Shown: positions 26,221 to 37,084, numbered from the stretch's first letter. The stretch is DNA of 64,000 bases from Parvibaculales bacterium (GCA_049597955.1 JBMYND010000006.1:19928-83927), one strand, 5' to 3'. Program-made: numbers and translations. Notes: generated from the sequence alone by a model not told the origin.

Positions 26221-26742
26221 ATGGATAGTTTTGAACTCAATAAAATTGCCGGTGCGGTGCTTTTTACCCTGCTGGTCTATCTCGGCGTTCAAAATCTGGG
26301 CGACATATTGTTTCACAGCGAACCGGCCAATCCGCAAGCCTATATTGTCGAAGGCGTGATTGAAGAAGGCGCAAGCATTGACAGCGCCGCCGCCGCCGAG
26401 GAAACCGTCAGCATTGCCGAATTGCTGCAAACCGCCTCCGTCGACAAAGGCATGAAAGTGGCCAAGAAATGTATTTCCTGCCACAGTTTCGAGCAGGGCG
26501 GCGCCAATAAAATCGGCCCGGCTTTGTGGGGCATTGTTGACCGCAAAATTGCCGATGATGCCAGCTTTAAGTATTCCGGCGCTTTATCCGGCCTTGGTGG
26601 CAATTGGGATTATGAGCAGTTAAACGGCTTTCTTGAAAATCCGAAAAAATATGCCGCCGGCACCAATATGGCCTTTGCCGGTCTGCGCAAGGCCAAAGAC
26701 CGCGCCAATATTATCAGCTATCTTGACAGTCTGAAAGACTAG
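26221..26742 (+). CDS. Membrane-anchored class I c-type cytochrome
   Basis: N-terminal hydrophobic anchor, haem motif CISCH, downstream axial Met region GTNMAFAGL. Confidence 0.85.
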   Translation: MDSFELNKIAGAVLFTLLVYLGVQNLGDILFHSEPANPQAYIVEGVIEEGASIDSAAAAEETVSIAELLQTASVDKGMKVAKKCISCHSFEQGGANKIGPALWGIVDRKIADDASFKYSGALSGLGGNWDYEQLNGFLENPKKYAAGTNMAFAGLRKAKDRANIISYLDSLKD

Positions 26743-26864
26743 CCGCCTGCCACTTGACCGGAGAATGAGGCGGGCCGGAAGGCAAGGCGGGCCGCTTGCT
26801 TGCGCCGCCCATCTCTGCTTCACTTGCCCGATTGGTATCGTGGCCTCACTGACGGGAGAAGCCC

Positions 26865-28697
26865 ATGCAGCGTGTAATTTTGCGACAATATAGTCTGTGG
26901 GTGGCTGTTTTCAGCCTTACATTAGGGGCCATTGCGCCTGCCCTTGCAGAACAAAGCCCTGTTGAACGCCATGGCATATCGCTGTTTGGCACACCGGCTT
27001 TGCCGAAAGGTTTTGCGCATTTTCCCTATGTCAATCCGCAAGCCCCCAAAGGCGGCACGCTGAATGTGGCGGCAATTGGCACATTTGACAGTGTGAACCG
27101 GTTTTCCATTAAGGGAAATCCGGCCGAGGGCCTGCCATTGGTGCATGACACGCTGATGGTCGCCAATCTTGACGAAGCCGGTTCCGGCTATGGGCTGATT
27201 GCGCAGACGGTCAGCCATCCGGCTGATTATTCATCCGTCACCTTTACTTTACGCAAAACGGCGCGGTTTTCCGATAACAGCCCGATTACCGCCAATGATG
27301 TCGCCTATTCACTCGATGCGCTGCGCCAAGCGCATCCGTTTTATCGCGCCTATTATAATGATGTCGAAAACACCGAAATTTTAGGCCCGCATAAAATTCG
27401 CTTTGTCTTTTCACAGACCGGCAATCGGGAATTACCGCTTATTCTCGGCCAATTGCCAGTGCTGTCGAAAGCCTGGTGGACGACAGGGGGGCGCGGCCTT
27501 GACAAGACCACTTTGGAACTGCCTGTGACCTCCGGCGCTTATCGCATTGCCGCGCTTGAGCCGGGACGCAGCATCACCTATCAACGGCTTGCCGATTATT
27601 GGGGTCGCGATTTGAACGTCAATATCGGCATGCATAATTTCGATACAATAAAATATCTGTCTTTTGGCGATGACACAGTGGCGTTTGAGGCGCTGAAAGC
27701 GGGCGAAGTGCATTATCGGCGCGAATATTCCTCGCGCGTTTGGGCGACCGGCTATGATTTGCCATCGGTTGAGAAAGGCCAATTGCAGCGCGAAACCGTG
27801 GCGCTTGAAAACAGCCACGGCATGCAAGCCTTTGTGATGAATACGCGCCGCGCGCCCTTCAACAATATCTATGTCCGCGAAGCACTGAATTGGGCGTTTG
27901 ACTTTGAATGGACGAATAAAAACCTGTTTTACGGGCAATATGCCCGCACTGGCTCATTTTTTGAAAATTCCGAATTGGCGGCCACCGGCAAGCCAAGCGC
28001 GGCCGAGCTTGAGGTGTTACTGCCCTTGCGTGACCAGTTGCCGCCGGCTGTGTTTGACGCGCCGCCCGCCAATCCGGTGACCGATGGCAGCGGCAATATA
28101 CGCACGCATTTGCGCAAGGCCCGTGCCCTGCTGCAACAGGCGGGCTGGACAATAGAAAATGGCAAATTGCAGAAAAACGGCACGCCGATGGAAATCGAAT
28201 TTCTGTTGGTGCAACCGGCTTTTGAGCGCATTGTCGGTGCCTATATCCGCAATTTGGAAAGGCTTGGCATTGATGCGCGCATGCGCACCATTGACCCGAC
28301 GCAATATCAAAACCGGCTGACCAATTATGATTTTGATATTTCGGTCTATAGTTTTCGCCAATCGCTGTCGCCGGGCAATGAGCAACGCGATTTTTGGTCA
28401 AGCGCCGCCGCCGACCGGCCGGGCGGGCGCAATTTGATTGGCATTAAAAACAAGGCAGTGGATATTTTGGTCGAAAAGCTGATATTTGCCCCCTCACGCG
28501 ACCGGCTTGTCGCGGCCAGCCGGGCGCTTGACCGCGTCTTGCGCGCCAATCATTATGTGGTGCCGCAATGGCATGCACCGCATGAGCGTCTGGCTTATTG
28601 GCAAGGCATTGCCCATGCTGCCCGCCTGCCCAAATATGGGCTGGGCTTTCCATCTGTCTGGTATCGCACCGCACCGCATATTGGGCCGCAACCCTAA
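26865..28697 (+). CDS. yejA: ABC transporter substrate-binding protein, family 5 (YejA-like, peptide-type)
   Basis: 610 aa with a signal peptide. First gene of a yejA-B-E-F-type operon. Confidence 0.8.
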   Translation: MQRVILRQYSLWVAVFSLTLGAIAPALAEQSPVERHGISLFGTPALPKGFAHFPYVNPQAPKGGTLNVAAIGTFDSVNRFSIKGNPAEGLPLVHDTLMVANLDEAGSGYGLIAQTVSHPADYSSVTFTLRKTARFSDNSPITANDVAYSLDALRQAHPFYRAYYNDVENTEILGPHKIRFVFSQTGNRELPLILGQLPVLSKAWWTTGGRGLDKTTLELPVTSGAYRIAALEPGRSITYQRLADYWGRDLNVNIGMHNFDTIKYLSFGDDTVAFEALKAGEVHYRREYSSRVWATGYDLPSVEKGQLQRETVALENSHGMQAFVMNTRRAPFNNIYVREALNWAFDFEWTNKNLFYGQYARTGSFFENSELAATGKPSAAELEVLLPLRDQLPPAVFDAPPANPVTDGSGNIRTHLRKARALLQQAGWTIENGKLQKNGTPMEIEFLLVQPAFERIVGAYIRNLERLGIDARMRTIDPTQYQNRLTNYDFDISVYSFRQSLSPGNEQRDFWSSAAADRPGGRNLIGIKNKAVDILVEKLIFAPSRDRLVAASRALDRVLRANHYVVPQWHAPHERLAYWQGIAHAARLPKYGLGFPSVWYRTAPHIGPQP

Positions 28698-28814
28698 GCC
28701 ACAGACCACGCGCTATGCGCGCCATCATGCCCCTTGCCGGAGCCTCCCCATATCGGCATACTGACGGCGTTCCTGGCCATTTTCACCGGCTATTTCAAGG
28801 AGAACCAAGCCGCC

Positions 28815-29915
28815 ATGTCAGCCTATATTTTGCGCCGATTGCTGCTGATGATTCCGACGATTTTCGGGGTCATGGCGATAAGCTTTGCGTTGGTGCAATT
28901 CGCGCCGGGCGGGCCGGTTGAGCGCATTATTGCACAATTGCAGGGCCATGATGTCGGGGCGACAGCGCGTTTCACCTCTCTGCAAGAAGGTGCGATGAGT
29001 GGCACGGGCGCGGCGTCCGCCATGGCCAGCAAATATCGCGGCGCGCAAGGGCTTGACCCGGAATTTATTGCCGAATTGGAAGCCCAATTCGGCTTTGACA
29101 AACCGATGCATGAACGTTTTGTCAAAATGCTGGCTGACTATCTCCGCTTTGATTTCGGCCAAAGCTATTATCGCGATATTGCGGTGATTGACCTGATTGC
29201 GGAAAAACTGCCGGTTTCCATCACGCTTGGCCTGTGGTCAACCTTGCTCACCTATTTAATATCGATTCCGCTTGGCATTGCCAAAGCGCGCCGCGACGGT
29301 ACAGCTTTCGATATGTGGACATCGGCAGTGATTATTGTCAGCTATGCCATTCCCGGCTTTTTATTCGCCGTGGCGCTCATTGTGCTGTTTGCCGGCGGCA
29401 GCTATTTTAACTGGTTCCCCTTGCGTGGCCTGACTTCCGACAATTTCAGCGAGTTGAGCTTTATCGGACAAGTCGCCGATTATCTCTGGCATATTTTCCT
29501 GCCGGTTCTGGCATTGACCATTGGCGGTTTTGCCACCACCTCGCTATTGACCAAAAACGCCTTTCTCGACGAAATTCGCAAACAATATGTGATGACCGCG
29601 CGCGCCAAAGGGCTGGATGAAAAACAAGTGCTGTATGGCCATGTTTTCCGCAATGCCATGCTGATTGTAATTGCCGGTTTTCCCGGTGCCTTTATCGGAG
29701 CATTTTTCACCGGCTCGCTGTTGATTGAGACAATTTTCTCGCTCGACGGGCTGGGGCTGCTCTCCTATGAAAGCATTGTCAATCGCGACTATCCGGTGGT
29801 TTTCGCTTCGCTGTATATTTTCGGGCTTATCGGGCTTGTCGTCACCCTATTGTCGGATTTGACCTATATGTTGGTTGACCCGCGTATCGACTTTGAAGCA
29901 CGCGGGAGGGGTTAG
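28815..29915 (+). CDS. yejB: ABC transporter permease YejB-like
   Basis: [19 protein letters not shown] matches the YejB-type N-terminus. RBS AAGGAGA upstream of the ATG at 28815. Confidence 0.85.
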   Translation: MSAYILRRLLLMIPTIFGVMAISFALVQFAPGGPVERIIAQLQGHDVGATARFTSLQEGAMSGTGAASAMASKYRGAQGLDPEFIAELEAQFGFDKPMHERFVKMLADYLRFDFGQSYYRDIAVIDLIAEKLPVSITLGLWSTLLTYLISIPLGIAKARRDGTAFDMWTSAVIIVSYAIPGFLFAVALIVLFAGGSYFNWFPLRGLTSDNFSELSFIGQVADYLWHIFLPVLALTIGGFATTSLLTKNAFLDEIRKQYVMTARAKGLDEKQVLYGHVFRNAMLIVIAGFPGAFIGAFFTGSLLIETIFSLDGLGLLSYESIVNRDYPVVFASLYIFGLIGLVVTLLSDLTYMLVDPRIDFEARGRG

Positions 29916-29919
29916 CTGC

Positions 29920-30960
29920 ATGGCCAAACGCTTTTCCCTGTCGCCGCTCAATCAACGCCGCTGGCGCAATTTCAAAGCCAATAAGCGCGGGTTAATATCG
30001 CTTTACCTATTCGCTGTTTTATTCACCCTGACCTTATTTGCCGAATTTCTGGCCAATGACAAACCGCTGCTCATCCTGCTCGACGGGCAGGCTTATGTGC
30101 CGGTCTTGCAAGCCTATCCGGAAACCGAATTTGGCGGGGACTTTGCGACAGAGGCTGATTACCGCGACCCATTTGTTGTGTCGTTGATTGAAGATAAGGG
30201 CGGGCGCATAGTCTGGCCGATTTTGCGCTACAGCTATGACACGATAAATCTTGACCTTGAGCGCCCCGCGCCTGCGCCGCCCAGCGCCGCCAATTGGCTT
30301 GGCACGGATGACCAGGGCCGCGACGTGCTGGCCCGGCTGATTTACGGGTTTCGCATTTCTATCCTGTTTGGCCTGACCCTGACATTGGCTTCCTCGCTGG
30401 TCGGGATTTGCGCCGGTGCGGTGCAGGGCTATTTTGGCGGCTGGGTGGATTTGGGCATGCAGCGTTTCATCGAAATATGGACATCCGTGCCATCGCTTTA
30501 TTTGCTGATTATCATCGCCGCCGTGATTGAGCCGGGCTTTTGGATTTTGCTCGGCATTTTGCTTTTATTTTCATGGGTGGCGCTGGTCGGCGTGGTGCGC
30601 GCGGAGTTTTTGCGGGCGCGCAATTTTGAATATATTGAGGCCGCCCGCGCGCTCGGCATTGGCAATGTCACCATTATGTATCGCCATATTCTGCCCAATG
30701 CGATGGTTGCCACACTGACTTTCATGCCCTTTATTTTGAATGCCTCCATCACCACTTTGACCTCGCTTGATTTTCTGGGCTTCGGCCTGCCGCCCGGCTC
30801 GCCCTCTTTGGGGGAATTGCTGGCGCAGGGCAAAGCCAATTTGCAAGCCCCCTGGCTTGGCCTGTCCGGCTTTTTCACCATTGCCATTATGCTGTCCATG
30901 CTGGTCTTTATCGGCGAAGCGGTGCGCGATGCGTTTGACCCGCGCAAAACCCTCGGATAG
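29920..30960 (+). CDS. yejE: ABC transporter permease YejE-like
   Basis: MAKRFSLSPLNQRRWRNFKANKRG resembles the YejE N-terminus. RBS GGGAGGGG. Starts 5 nt after the yejB stop. Confidence 0.85.
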   Translation: MAKRFSLSPLNQRRWRNFKANKRGLISLYLFAVLFTLTLFAEFLANDKPLLILLDGQAYVPVLQAYPETEFGGDFATEADYRDPFVVSLIEDKGGRIVWPILRYSYDTINLDLERPAPAPPSAANWLGTDDQGRDVLARLIYGFRISILFGLTLTLASSLVGICAGAVQGYFGGWVDLGMQRFIEIWTSVPSLYLLIIIAAVIEPGFWILLGILLLFSWVALVGVVRAEFLRARNFEYIEAARALGIGNVTIMYRHILPNAMVATLTFMPFILNASITTLTSLDFLGFGLPPGSPSLGELLAQGKANLQAPWLGLSGFFTIAIMLSMLVFIGEAVRDAFDPRKTLG

Positions 30961-30969
30961 GCCAGACCC

Positions 30970-32583
30970 ATGACGCCGATTGAAGAACCCAAAGATAAAT
31001 TACTGATGGTCGAAAGGCTGCATGTCGGCTTTCGCAGCGATGGCCAAGATATTGATGCGGTGGATGATGTTTCTTTCGACCTCAATGTCGGCGAAACATT
31101 GGGGCTGGTCGGCGAAAGCGGCTCCGGCAAATCGGTTTCCGCTTTGTCAATTTTGCAATTGCTTCCCTATCCGACCGCCTTTCACCGGCGCGGCACGATA
31201 TTGTTTAATGGTGAGGATATCAGCATGGCGACGCAAGACCGGATTCGCCAATTGCGCGGCAATGATATTTCAATGGTGTTTCAAGAGCCCATGTCTTCGC
31301 TCAACCCGCTGCATGCGATTGGCCGACAAATCAGCGAGGTGATTTTGCTGCACCGTCCGGTATCAGCCAAAGCCGCCATGCATGAGGCGGTTCAATTGCT
31401 GCACCGTGTCGGCCTGCCCGATGCCGAGCAGAAATATAATGCGCTGCCGCATGAGCTTTCCGGCGGGCAAAGACAGCGCGTTGTGATTGCCATGGCGCTG
31501 GCCAATCGCCCGAAATTGCTGATTGCCGACGAGCCGACCACGGCGTTGGATGTGACTATTCAAAAGCAGATTCTCGAATTGCTGAAACAATTGCAGGCCG
31601 AAACCGGCATGGCGATTTTGCTGATTACCCATGATTTGGGCATTGTGAAAAAAATGGCTGACCGGGTTTGTGTGATGCAAAATGGCAAAATTGTCGAACA
31701 GGGGCCGGTTCGTCAGGTGATTGAAACCCCGCAACATGAATATACGCAAAAGCTGGTTGACGCCGAGCCGAAAGGCGCGCCTGTCGCCTCGCCCTCTTTG
31801 ACCTCGATAATGTCGGTCAATGATTTGAAAGTCTGGTTTCCGCTGAAACGCGGCCTGATGCGGCGCACTTATGATTATGTGCGGGCGGTGGATGATGTTT
31901 CCTTCACCATTGCCGAGGGGCGCACTTTGGGCATTGTCGGGGAAAGCGGCTCGGGTAAAACCAGCCTAGGCCGCGCCCTGCTTGGCCTGCTGCCGGCGCG
32001 CGGTCGGGTGGTGTTTGACGCGCGCGATGTGCTGGAAGCGACCGCCGCCCAGCGCCGTGCCATGCGTCGGCATTTGCAAATCGTTTTTCAAGACCCGTTT
32101 GGCGCGCTTTCCCCGCGCATGCCGGTTAATGAGATTATTGCCGAGGGGCTGAAACTGCACGAACCCGACTTATTGCCGGAAGCGCGCGCCCGTCGGGTTG
32201 GCGATATTTTGCGCGAGGTTGAACTTGACCCGGCAATTGCCAATCGCTATCCGCATGAGTTTTCCGGCGGCCAGCGCCAACGGATTGCGATTGCCCGTGC
32301 GCTGATATTACAGCCGAAATTTCTGGTGCTGGATGAGCCAACAAGCGCGCTTGACCGTCCCGTGCAGGCACAAATTATTGACTTGCTGCGCCGTCTGCAA
32401 AATGAAAAAGGGCTGACCTATCTGTTCATCAGCCATGATTTGAAAGTGGTGCGCGCACTGGCCCATCATATTATGGTGATGAAGGATGGAAAATGTGTTG
32501 AGACCGGCCCAACCGAGTCAATTTTCACCCGACCGCGCAATCTCTATACGCATGAATTACTGCAAGCGGCGCTGGATAATTAA
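30970..32583 (+). CDS. yejF: ABC transporter ATP-binding protein with duplicated ATPase domains (YejF-like)
   Basis: Two Walker A motifs (GESGSGKS, GESGSGKT) and two signature motifs (LSGGQRQR, FSGGQRQR). Confidence 0.9.
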   Translation: MTPIEEPKDKLLMVERLHVGFRSDGQDIDAVDDVSFDLNVGETLGLVGESGSGKSVSALSILQLLPYPTAFHRRGTILFNGEDISMATQDRIRQLRGNDISMVFQEPMSSLNPLHAIGRQISEVILLHRPVSAKAAMHEAVQLLHRVGLPDAEQKYNALPHELSGGQRQRVVIAMALANRPKLLIADEPTTALDVTIQKQILELLKQLQAETGMAILLITHDLGIVKKMADRVCVMQNGKIVEQGPVRQVIETPQHEYTQKLVDAEPKGAPVASPSLTSIMSVNDLKVWFPLKRGLMRRTYDYVRAVDDVSFTIAEGRTLGIVGESGSGKTSLGRALLGLLPARGRVVFDARDVLEATAAQRRAMRRHLQIVFQDPFGALSPRMPVNEIIAEGLKLHEPDLLPEARARRVGDILREVELDPAIANRYPHEFSGGQRQRIAIARALILQPKFLVLDEPTSALDRPVQAQIIDLLRRLQNEKGLTYLFISHDLKVVRALAHHIMVMKDGKCVETGPTESIFTRPRNLYTHELLQAALDN

Positions 32584-33482
32584 CCGCCATTTTGGTGCAG
32601 TCGTTTAATGCAGCGCAGCGGGCCATCGGTTTTTTCAATACGCGCGCAGGCTTCGGCAAAATCTTCCTCGACAACGCGCATATGGGTGGCATTGGCGTGA
32701 ATCAGCCGGTCAGGCGCGGCCAACAGGCCGACATGGCCTTTCCAGAAAACCAAATCACCGGCTTCGCCCGTCGCCACTTCCTTGCCCAGCACCGCTTCTT
32801 GCATATCGCTGTCGCGCGGACAGGCCATGCCGCATTGGCGCAGCGCAATTTGCACAAGGCCGGAACAATCCAGCCCCAAGCTTTCCCGCCCACCCCATAA
32901 ATAAGGTGTGCCGATAAAATGTCGGGCAATCGCTATCGGGTCATTGGCGGTTTGCGACAATGGGGCAATATCATCAGCAATGATAAATGCCCCATCCGCC
33001 AATTCGGCAAAGCGGCCCTGCATGGCACGCACGGCCAGCCTTGCACCCATGGACAGCGCCATAAGCGGGCGCGATTTAATATCGGCATCAGTATATACGA
33101 AACTGCGCAAGACGCTCAGTTGATGGGTTGGGGTTTCAACCGGCCCCAAATCTTCCAGCAGCGCATAGCCGACATAATCATCCTCGCGCGATTGGCCCCA
33201 AGCAAAAGCGCCGCGCCGTTCATAAACGCGAAAATGCTCACCATGCAAAAGCTGGCTGTCCATTAAGGCGCCATGCGCCGGTGCGCGCCGCAGCGCCGTG
33301 ACCGGCGCAATCACACTGTAATCTTGCCCGCTGACATATTGGCGTGCCTCAACCTCGCCGCGCAAATGCGCCGCCGCCAAATCATCGCGCCAAGGATTAA
33401 TGCGCGGGTCGGGCTTTTGCGCAAAACCGGCGGCGCGACCAAGCGGCCTATTGCCGCGATTTTCACCGCCCGCCTCAGCCAT
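32580..33482 (-). CDS. NlpC/P60 (C40) family peptidase with N-terminal SH3-like region and no signal peptide
   Basis: GTPYLWGGRESLGLDCSGLV catalytic Cys, GHVGLL His. Start set at MAEAGG (33482), giving an 8-nt overlap with the upstream gene end. Confidence 0.8.
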   Translation of the reverse strand: MAEAGGENRGNRPLGRAAGFAQKPDPRINPWRDDLAAAHLRGEVEARQYVSGQDYSVIAPVTALRRAPAHGALMDSQLLHGEHFRVYERRGAFAWGQSREDDYVGYALLEDLGPVETPTHQLSVLRSFVYTDADIKSRPLMALSMGARLAVRAMQGRFAELADGAFIIADDIAPLSQTANDPIAIARHFIGTPYLWGGRESLGLDCSGLVQIALRQCGMACPRDSDMQEAVLGKEVATGEAGDLVFWKGHVGLLAAPDRLIHANATHMRVVEEDFAEACARIEKTDGPLRCIKRLHQNGG

Positions 33483-34923
33483 CGCCGCCCTGCCCAAAAC
33501 GTTGTTCCAGCACTTGCAAAACCGCGCGGATCGATTGCGCCTCACCACCGACCGGACGGCCGGGACGCGATTTGGCATTCCACGCATAAACATCAACATG
33601 CATCCAGCTTGGCGTGGCCTTGACAAAACGGGCAAGAAACAGCGCGGCGGTGATTGAGCCGCCCATGGGCGAGCTGCCAATATGGCTGACATCGGCAATC
33701 TGGCTGTCGAGCCAGCCATCATAGCCCGGCCAAAGCGGCATACGCCACATCGGGTCATGCACGCCGGCACCGGCCTGCATAATTTCTTCGGCCAGCGCGT
33801 CATCATGGGTGTAAAAGGGAATGACTTCCGGCCCCATAGCGACCCGCGCCGCGCCGGTCAGCGTGGCAAAATCGACCATAATCTCAGGCGCTTCGCCATC
33901 GGCTTCGGCCAGCATATCGGCCAGCACCAAGCGTCCTTCGGCATCGGTATTGCCGATTTCAACGCTCATACCATTGCGGCTGGCCAAGACATCGCCGGGC
34001 CGGAAAGCGCCCGGGCCAATGGCATTTTCCACCGCGCCGACCAGCACGCGCAGGCGGACATCCATATTGGCCGCCATTATCGCATCGGCCAGCGCGAGGC
34101 ATAAAGCCGCCCCGCCCATATCCTTTTTCATCAAATCCATATAATTGCCGGTTTTGAGATTTAGCCCGCCCGTATCGAAACACACACCCTTGCCGATTAA
34201 TGTGACGCGCGGCGCGTCTTGGCGGCCCCAACGCAAATCGAGCAGGCGCGGCGCTTGTGTGGCCGCCCGCCCGACCGCGTGGATCATCGGATAGTTTTCA
34301 GCCAGCAAATCATCGCCGACAATGGCCGAAAAATCAGCGCCATGCGTATCAGCCAGCGATTGCATCACCTGATGCAAGGCTTCCGGCCCCATATCCTCAG
34401 CCGGTGTGTTGATAAGATTGCGCGCCAGAAACACTGCGCGGTTCAAACGGGTGATGGCGGCCAAATCAGCCTTAGCAGGCACAACAAGACGCGCCATGTC
34501 TTCGGCTTTGGCATTATTGGCGGCGGCGGCATGGCTGCGATAGGCGGTGAAACGGTAATGACCGAGCGCCCAGGCCAAAGGTGCCATTTTGGCCAATGGC
34601 GGCGGGCAGGAACTGTCGAGCCGATAATGGCCCGGCGGCAATTGGCGCGGCAAGCTGGCCAGCGCGAAAGGGTCGGCCTTGCGCCCCAGCCCCAGCAACA
34701 CAGCAGACAGACCGCCGGCACTGTCGGGCAGCAAAAGCACTTCATTGGCTGCCGCCTTGAAATTTGTGGTCTCAACCCATGCCAAATGCTGGCCGCTATT
34801 GGCTTGTTTCCAAATCTCAAGCTGTTTTGGGTCAAGCGCGTAAATCAGGCAGGCCGGTTTACCCTTGTCCACGAGATACAGGCCATTGAGACAGGCCATG
34901 CCATTTTCAACCGGGTCAGACAT
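33475..34923 (-). CDS. Leucyl aminopeptidase family (M17) protein
   Basis: VCFDTGGLNLK, NTDAEGRLVLAD, TLTGAA motifs. Confidence 0.85.
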   Translation of the reverse strand: MSDPVENGMACLNGLYLVDKGKPACLIYALDPKQLEIWKQANSGQHLAWVETTNFKAAANEVLLLPDSAGGLSAVLLGLGRKADPFALASLPRQLPPGHYRLDSSCPPPLAKMAPLAWALGHYRFTAYRSHAAAANNAKAEDMARLVVPAKADLAAITRLNRAVFLARNLINTPAEDMGPEALHQVMQSLADTHGADFSAIVGDDLLAENYPMIHAVGRAATQAPRLLDLRWGRQDAPRVTLIGKGVCFDTGGLNLKTGNYMDLMKKDMGGAALCLALADAIMAANMDVRLRVLVGAVENAIGPGAFRPGDVLASRNGMSVEIGNTDAEGRLVLADMLAEADGEAPEIMVDFATLTGAARVAMGPEVIPFYTHDDALAEEIMQAGAGVHDPMWRMPLWPGYDGWLDSQIADVSHIGSSPMGGSITAALFLARFVKATPSWMHVDVYAWNAKSRPGRPVGGEAQSIRAVLQVLEQRFGQGGDG

Positions 34924-34962
34924 TGCCGCCTCTCATGCACAGATTGTTACGCTGATTCTACC

Positions 34963-35778
34963 CTAGCGGGCGGTTTGGCCGTAATCAACCACCAGTTCGG
35001 CGGCATTGACATAGGATGAGGCATCGGAAGCGAGAAACACGACAACGCCGGCAATTTCTTGCGGCTGACCGGCGCGTCCGCCCGGCACGCTGACCGCGCT
35101 CAATGCGTGTAAGTCAATCCGATTGGCACCTTCGGCCATTAAATCAGGGTTTTGTTCGGCAATGGCAGCGATTTCCTTGCCCCATATCTCTGTATCAATC
35201 AGCCCCGGATGCACGGAATTGGCGCGAATGTTCAATTCGCCCTGCGCACATTCCATCGCTGTCGCCTTGGTGAACAGGCGCACACCGCCCTTGCTGGCGC
35301 AATAGCCGGCCAAACCGGATGCGCCGACCAGGCCGGCAATTGAGGAGATATTGATGATTGAGCCCGCCCCGCTTTCGGCCATCAGGGGCAGCGCATATTT
35401 GGTGGCCAGAAATACGCCATCCAGATTGACCGCATTTTGCCGCCGCCAATCTTCCAGCGTCATGTCGACAATCGTGCCGCCAACCGCGATACCGGCATTA
35501 TTGACCAGCACATTCAGCTTGCCTTCATGGGCGCGAATATCGGCAATGGTTTGCTGCCAAACCGCTTCATCGGTGACGTCCTGCACCAGGGCGCGGGCTG
35601 TGCCGCCCTTATCGGTGATGGATTTGGCCGCTTCATGGATGCGGGTTTCATCAATATCGCTGACGACCACATGGGCGCCGGCTTCGGCCAGCGCGCTTGC
35701 ACAGGCCAGCCCAATGCCGGTCGCCGCGCCGGAAACCAGCGCGACTTTACCTGTGCAATCATTTAATTGTGCGTTCAT
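34963..35778 (-). CDS. SDR family oxidoreductase
   Basis: TGxxxGxG (VSGAATGIG), NNAG, catalytic YCASK. Confidence 0.85.
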   Translation of the reverse strand: MNAQLNDCTGKVALVSGAATGIGLACASALAEAGAHVVVSDIDETRIHEAAKSITDKGGTARALVQDVTDEAVWQQTIADIRAHEGKLNVLVNNAGIAVGGTIVDMTLEDWRRQNAVNLDGVFLATKYALPLMAESGAGSIINISSIAGLVGASGLAGYCASKGGVRLFTKATAMECAQGELNIRANSVHPGLIDTEIWGKEIAAIAEQNPDLMAEGANRIDLHALSAVSVPGGRAGQPQEIAGVVVFLASDASSYVNAAELVVDYGQTAR

Positions 35779-35806
35779 TGCCCTGATAAATCCAGTCGCG
35801 GCAATT

Positions 35807-37084
35807 CTAGTCGCGGCAAATCACGCTCATATGGGTGTAGCCTTTGACAAAATTGGAAATGCTCCGCGTCGGCTCTTTAACCACTTCGATTTTCGAGAAG
35901 CGTTTCAGCATTTCATCCCACAGAATTTGCAATTGCAATTCGGCCAGACGATTGCCGAAGCAACGGTGAATCCCGAAACCAAAAGCAATATGATTGCGGG
36001 CATTGGCGCGCTCAAAGTCAATCACATCGGGATTGTCAAATTTGCGCGGGTCACGATTGCCCGATGCATACCACATAGCAATCTTGTCGCCTTTTTTAAT
36101 CGTCTTGCCGTGCATTTCCACATCTTCCAGCGCGGTGCGGCGCATATAGGAAAGCGGTGTCTGCCAGCGAATGATTTCGGCAACCGCATTGGGGATGAGG
36201 TCACGATTGGCGCGCACTTTTTCCCATTCGGAGGGGAACAGATTGGAGCCCCAAATCGAACCGGACATGGAATTGCGCGTGGTGTCATTGCCGCCGACAA
36301 TCAGCAAAACCAGATTGCCGAGATATTCCATTGTGTCCATATTTTTGGTCTCTTCGCCATTGGCCAGCATGGTAATCAGGTCAAAGCCTTGCTTGCCCTG
36401 CCTTTGCTGCCACAGCCCCATAAAATATTCGACACATTCCATCAGCTCGGCGCGGCGTTGGTCGTCGCTTTCAACAATGCCGCTTTCCGGCCCGGCAGTT
36501 GCCACATCCGACCAACGGGTCAGCTTGCGGCGGTCTTCAAACGGGAAATCGAACAAAGTGGCGAGCATCATGGTGGTCAGCTCAATCGACACAGTATCAA
36601 CCCAGTCAAACTCTTCATTGACCGGCAGCGTATCAAGCAGATTTTGCGTTCTCTCACGGATAAGCGTTGACATATCGGCCAAGCTCATGGGCGAGACAAT
36701 CGGGGCAACGGTTTTGCGCTGCACATCATGTTTCGGCTGGTCCATGGCGATAAACATGGGCAGGGTAAAATCTTCCGCCGGATTGGGCAGCACAATGGCC
36801 GGCTCAGAGGAAAAGCGTTTATGGTCAGTATCCACCGCCATAATATCATCATAGCGGGTAATCGCCCAATAGGGGCCAATCGGCTCGGTATCTTCGGGGC
36901 GGAACTCGGATTCCCAAGCATTTTCGACATAATGAATCGGGTCTTCATCGCGCAAACGCTCAAAAACCGGCCAATAGGCTTCATTCGGCCATAAATCCAG
37001 ATTTGACGGATCCAGCTCCTTCAAAGGCGTGTTATAGGCATAATCCTCGCCCGGACGCGTTTCGTGTTTGATTGCCTCGCTCAT
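35807..37084 (-). CDS. Cytochrome P450, CYP153-like
   Basis: I-helix LLIVGGNDTTRNS, haem loop FGFGIHRCFGNRLAE. Start at MSEAIKH (37084) preceded by AGGAGG. Confidence 0.85.
   Translation of the reverse strand: MSEAIKHETRPGEDYAYNTPLKELDPSNLDLWPNEAYWPVFERLRDEDPIHYVENAWESEFRPEDTEPIGPYWAITRYDDIMAVDTDHKRFSSEPAIVLPNPAEDFTLPMFIAMDQPKHDVQRKTVAPIVSPMSLADMSTLIRERTQNLLDTLPVNEEFDWVDTVSIELTTMMLATLFDFPFEDRRKLTRWSDVATAGPESGIVESDDQRRAELMECVEYFMGLWQQRQGKQGFDLITMLANGEETKNMDTMEYLGNLVLLIVGGNDTTRNSMSGSIWGSNLFPSEWEKVRANRDLIPNAVAEIIRWQTPLSYMRRTALEDVEMHGKTIKKGDKIAMWYASGNRDPRKFDNPDVIDFERANARNHIAFGFGIHRCFGNRLAELQLQILWDEMLKRFSKIEVVKEPTRSISNFVKGYTHMSVICRD

Noticed and set aside
35794-35819. 11-bp direct repeat AGTCGCGGCAA (35794-35804 and 35809-35819) spanning the P450 stop codon
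   Set aside because: It looks like a small local duplication of the last four codons (ICRD) just past the stop. There is no palindromic character or second occurrence elsewhere, so it is probably a replication-slippage scar without function.
35351-36670. Long ORFs antisense to annotated genes (also 61075-62115, 22257-23285, 17773-18591, 54734-55579, 39705-40346, 49848-50540)
   Set aside because: These are shadow ORFs typical of GC-rich coding DNA. Their translations are low-complexity (Ala/Arg/Gly/Ser-rich) with no recognisable motifs. Each lies fully inside a well-supported gene on the other strand.
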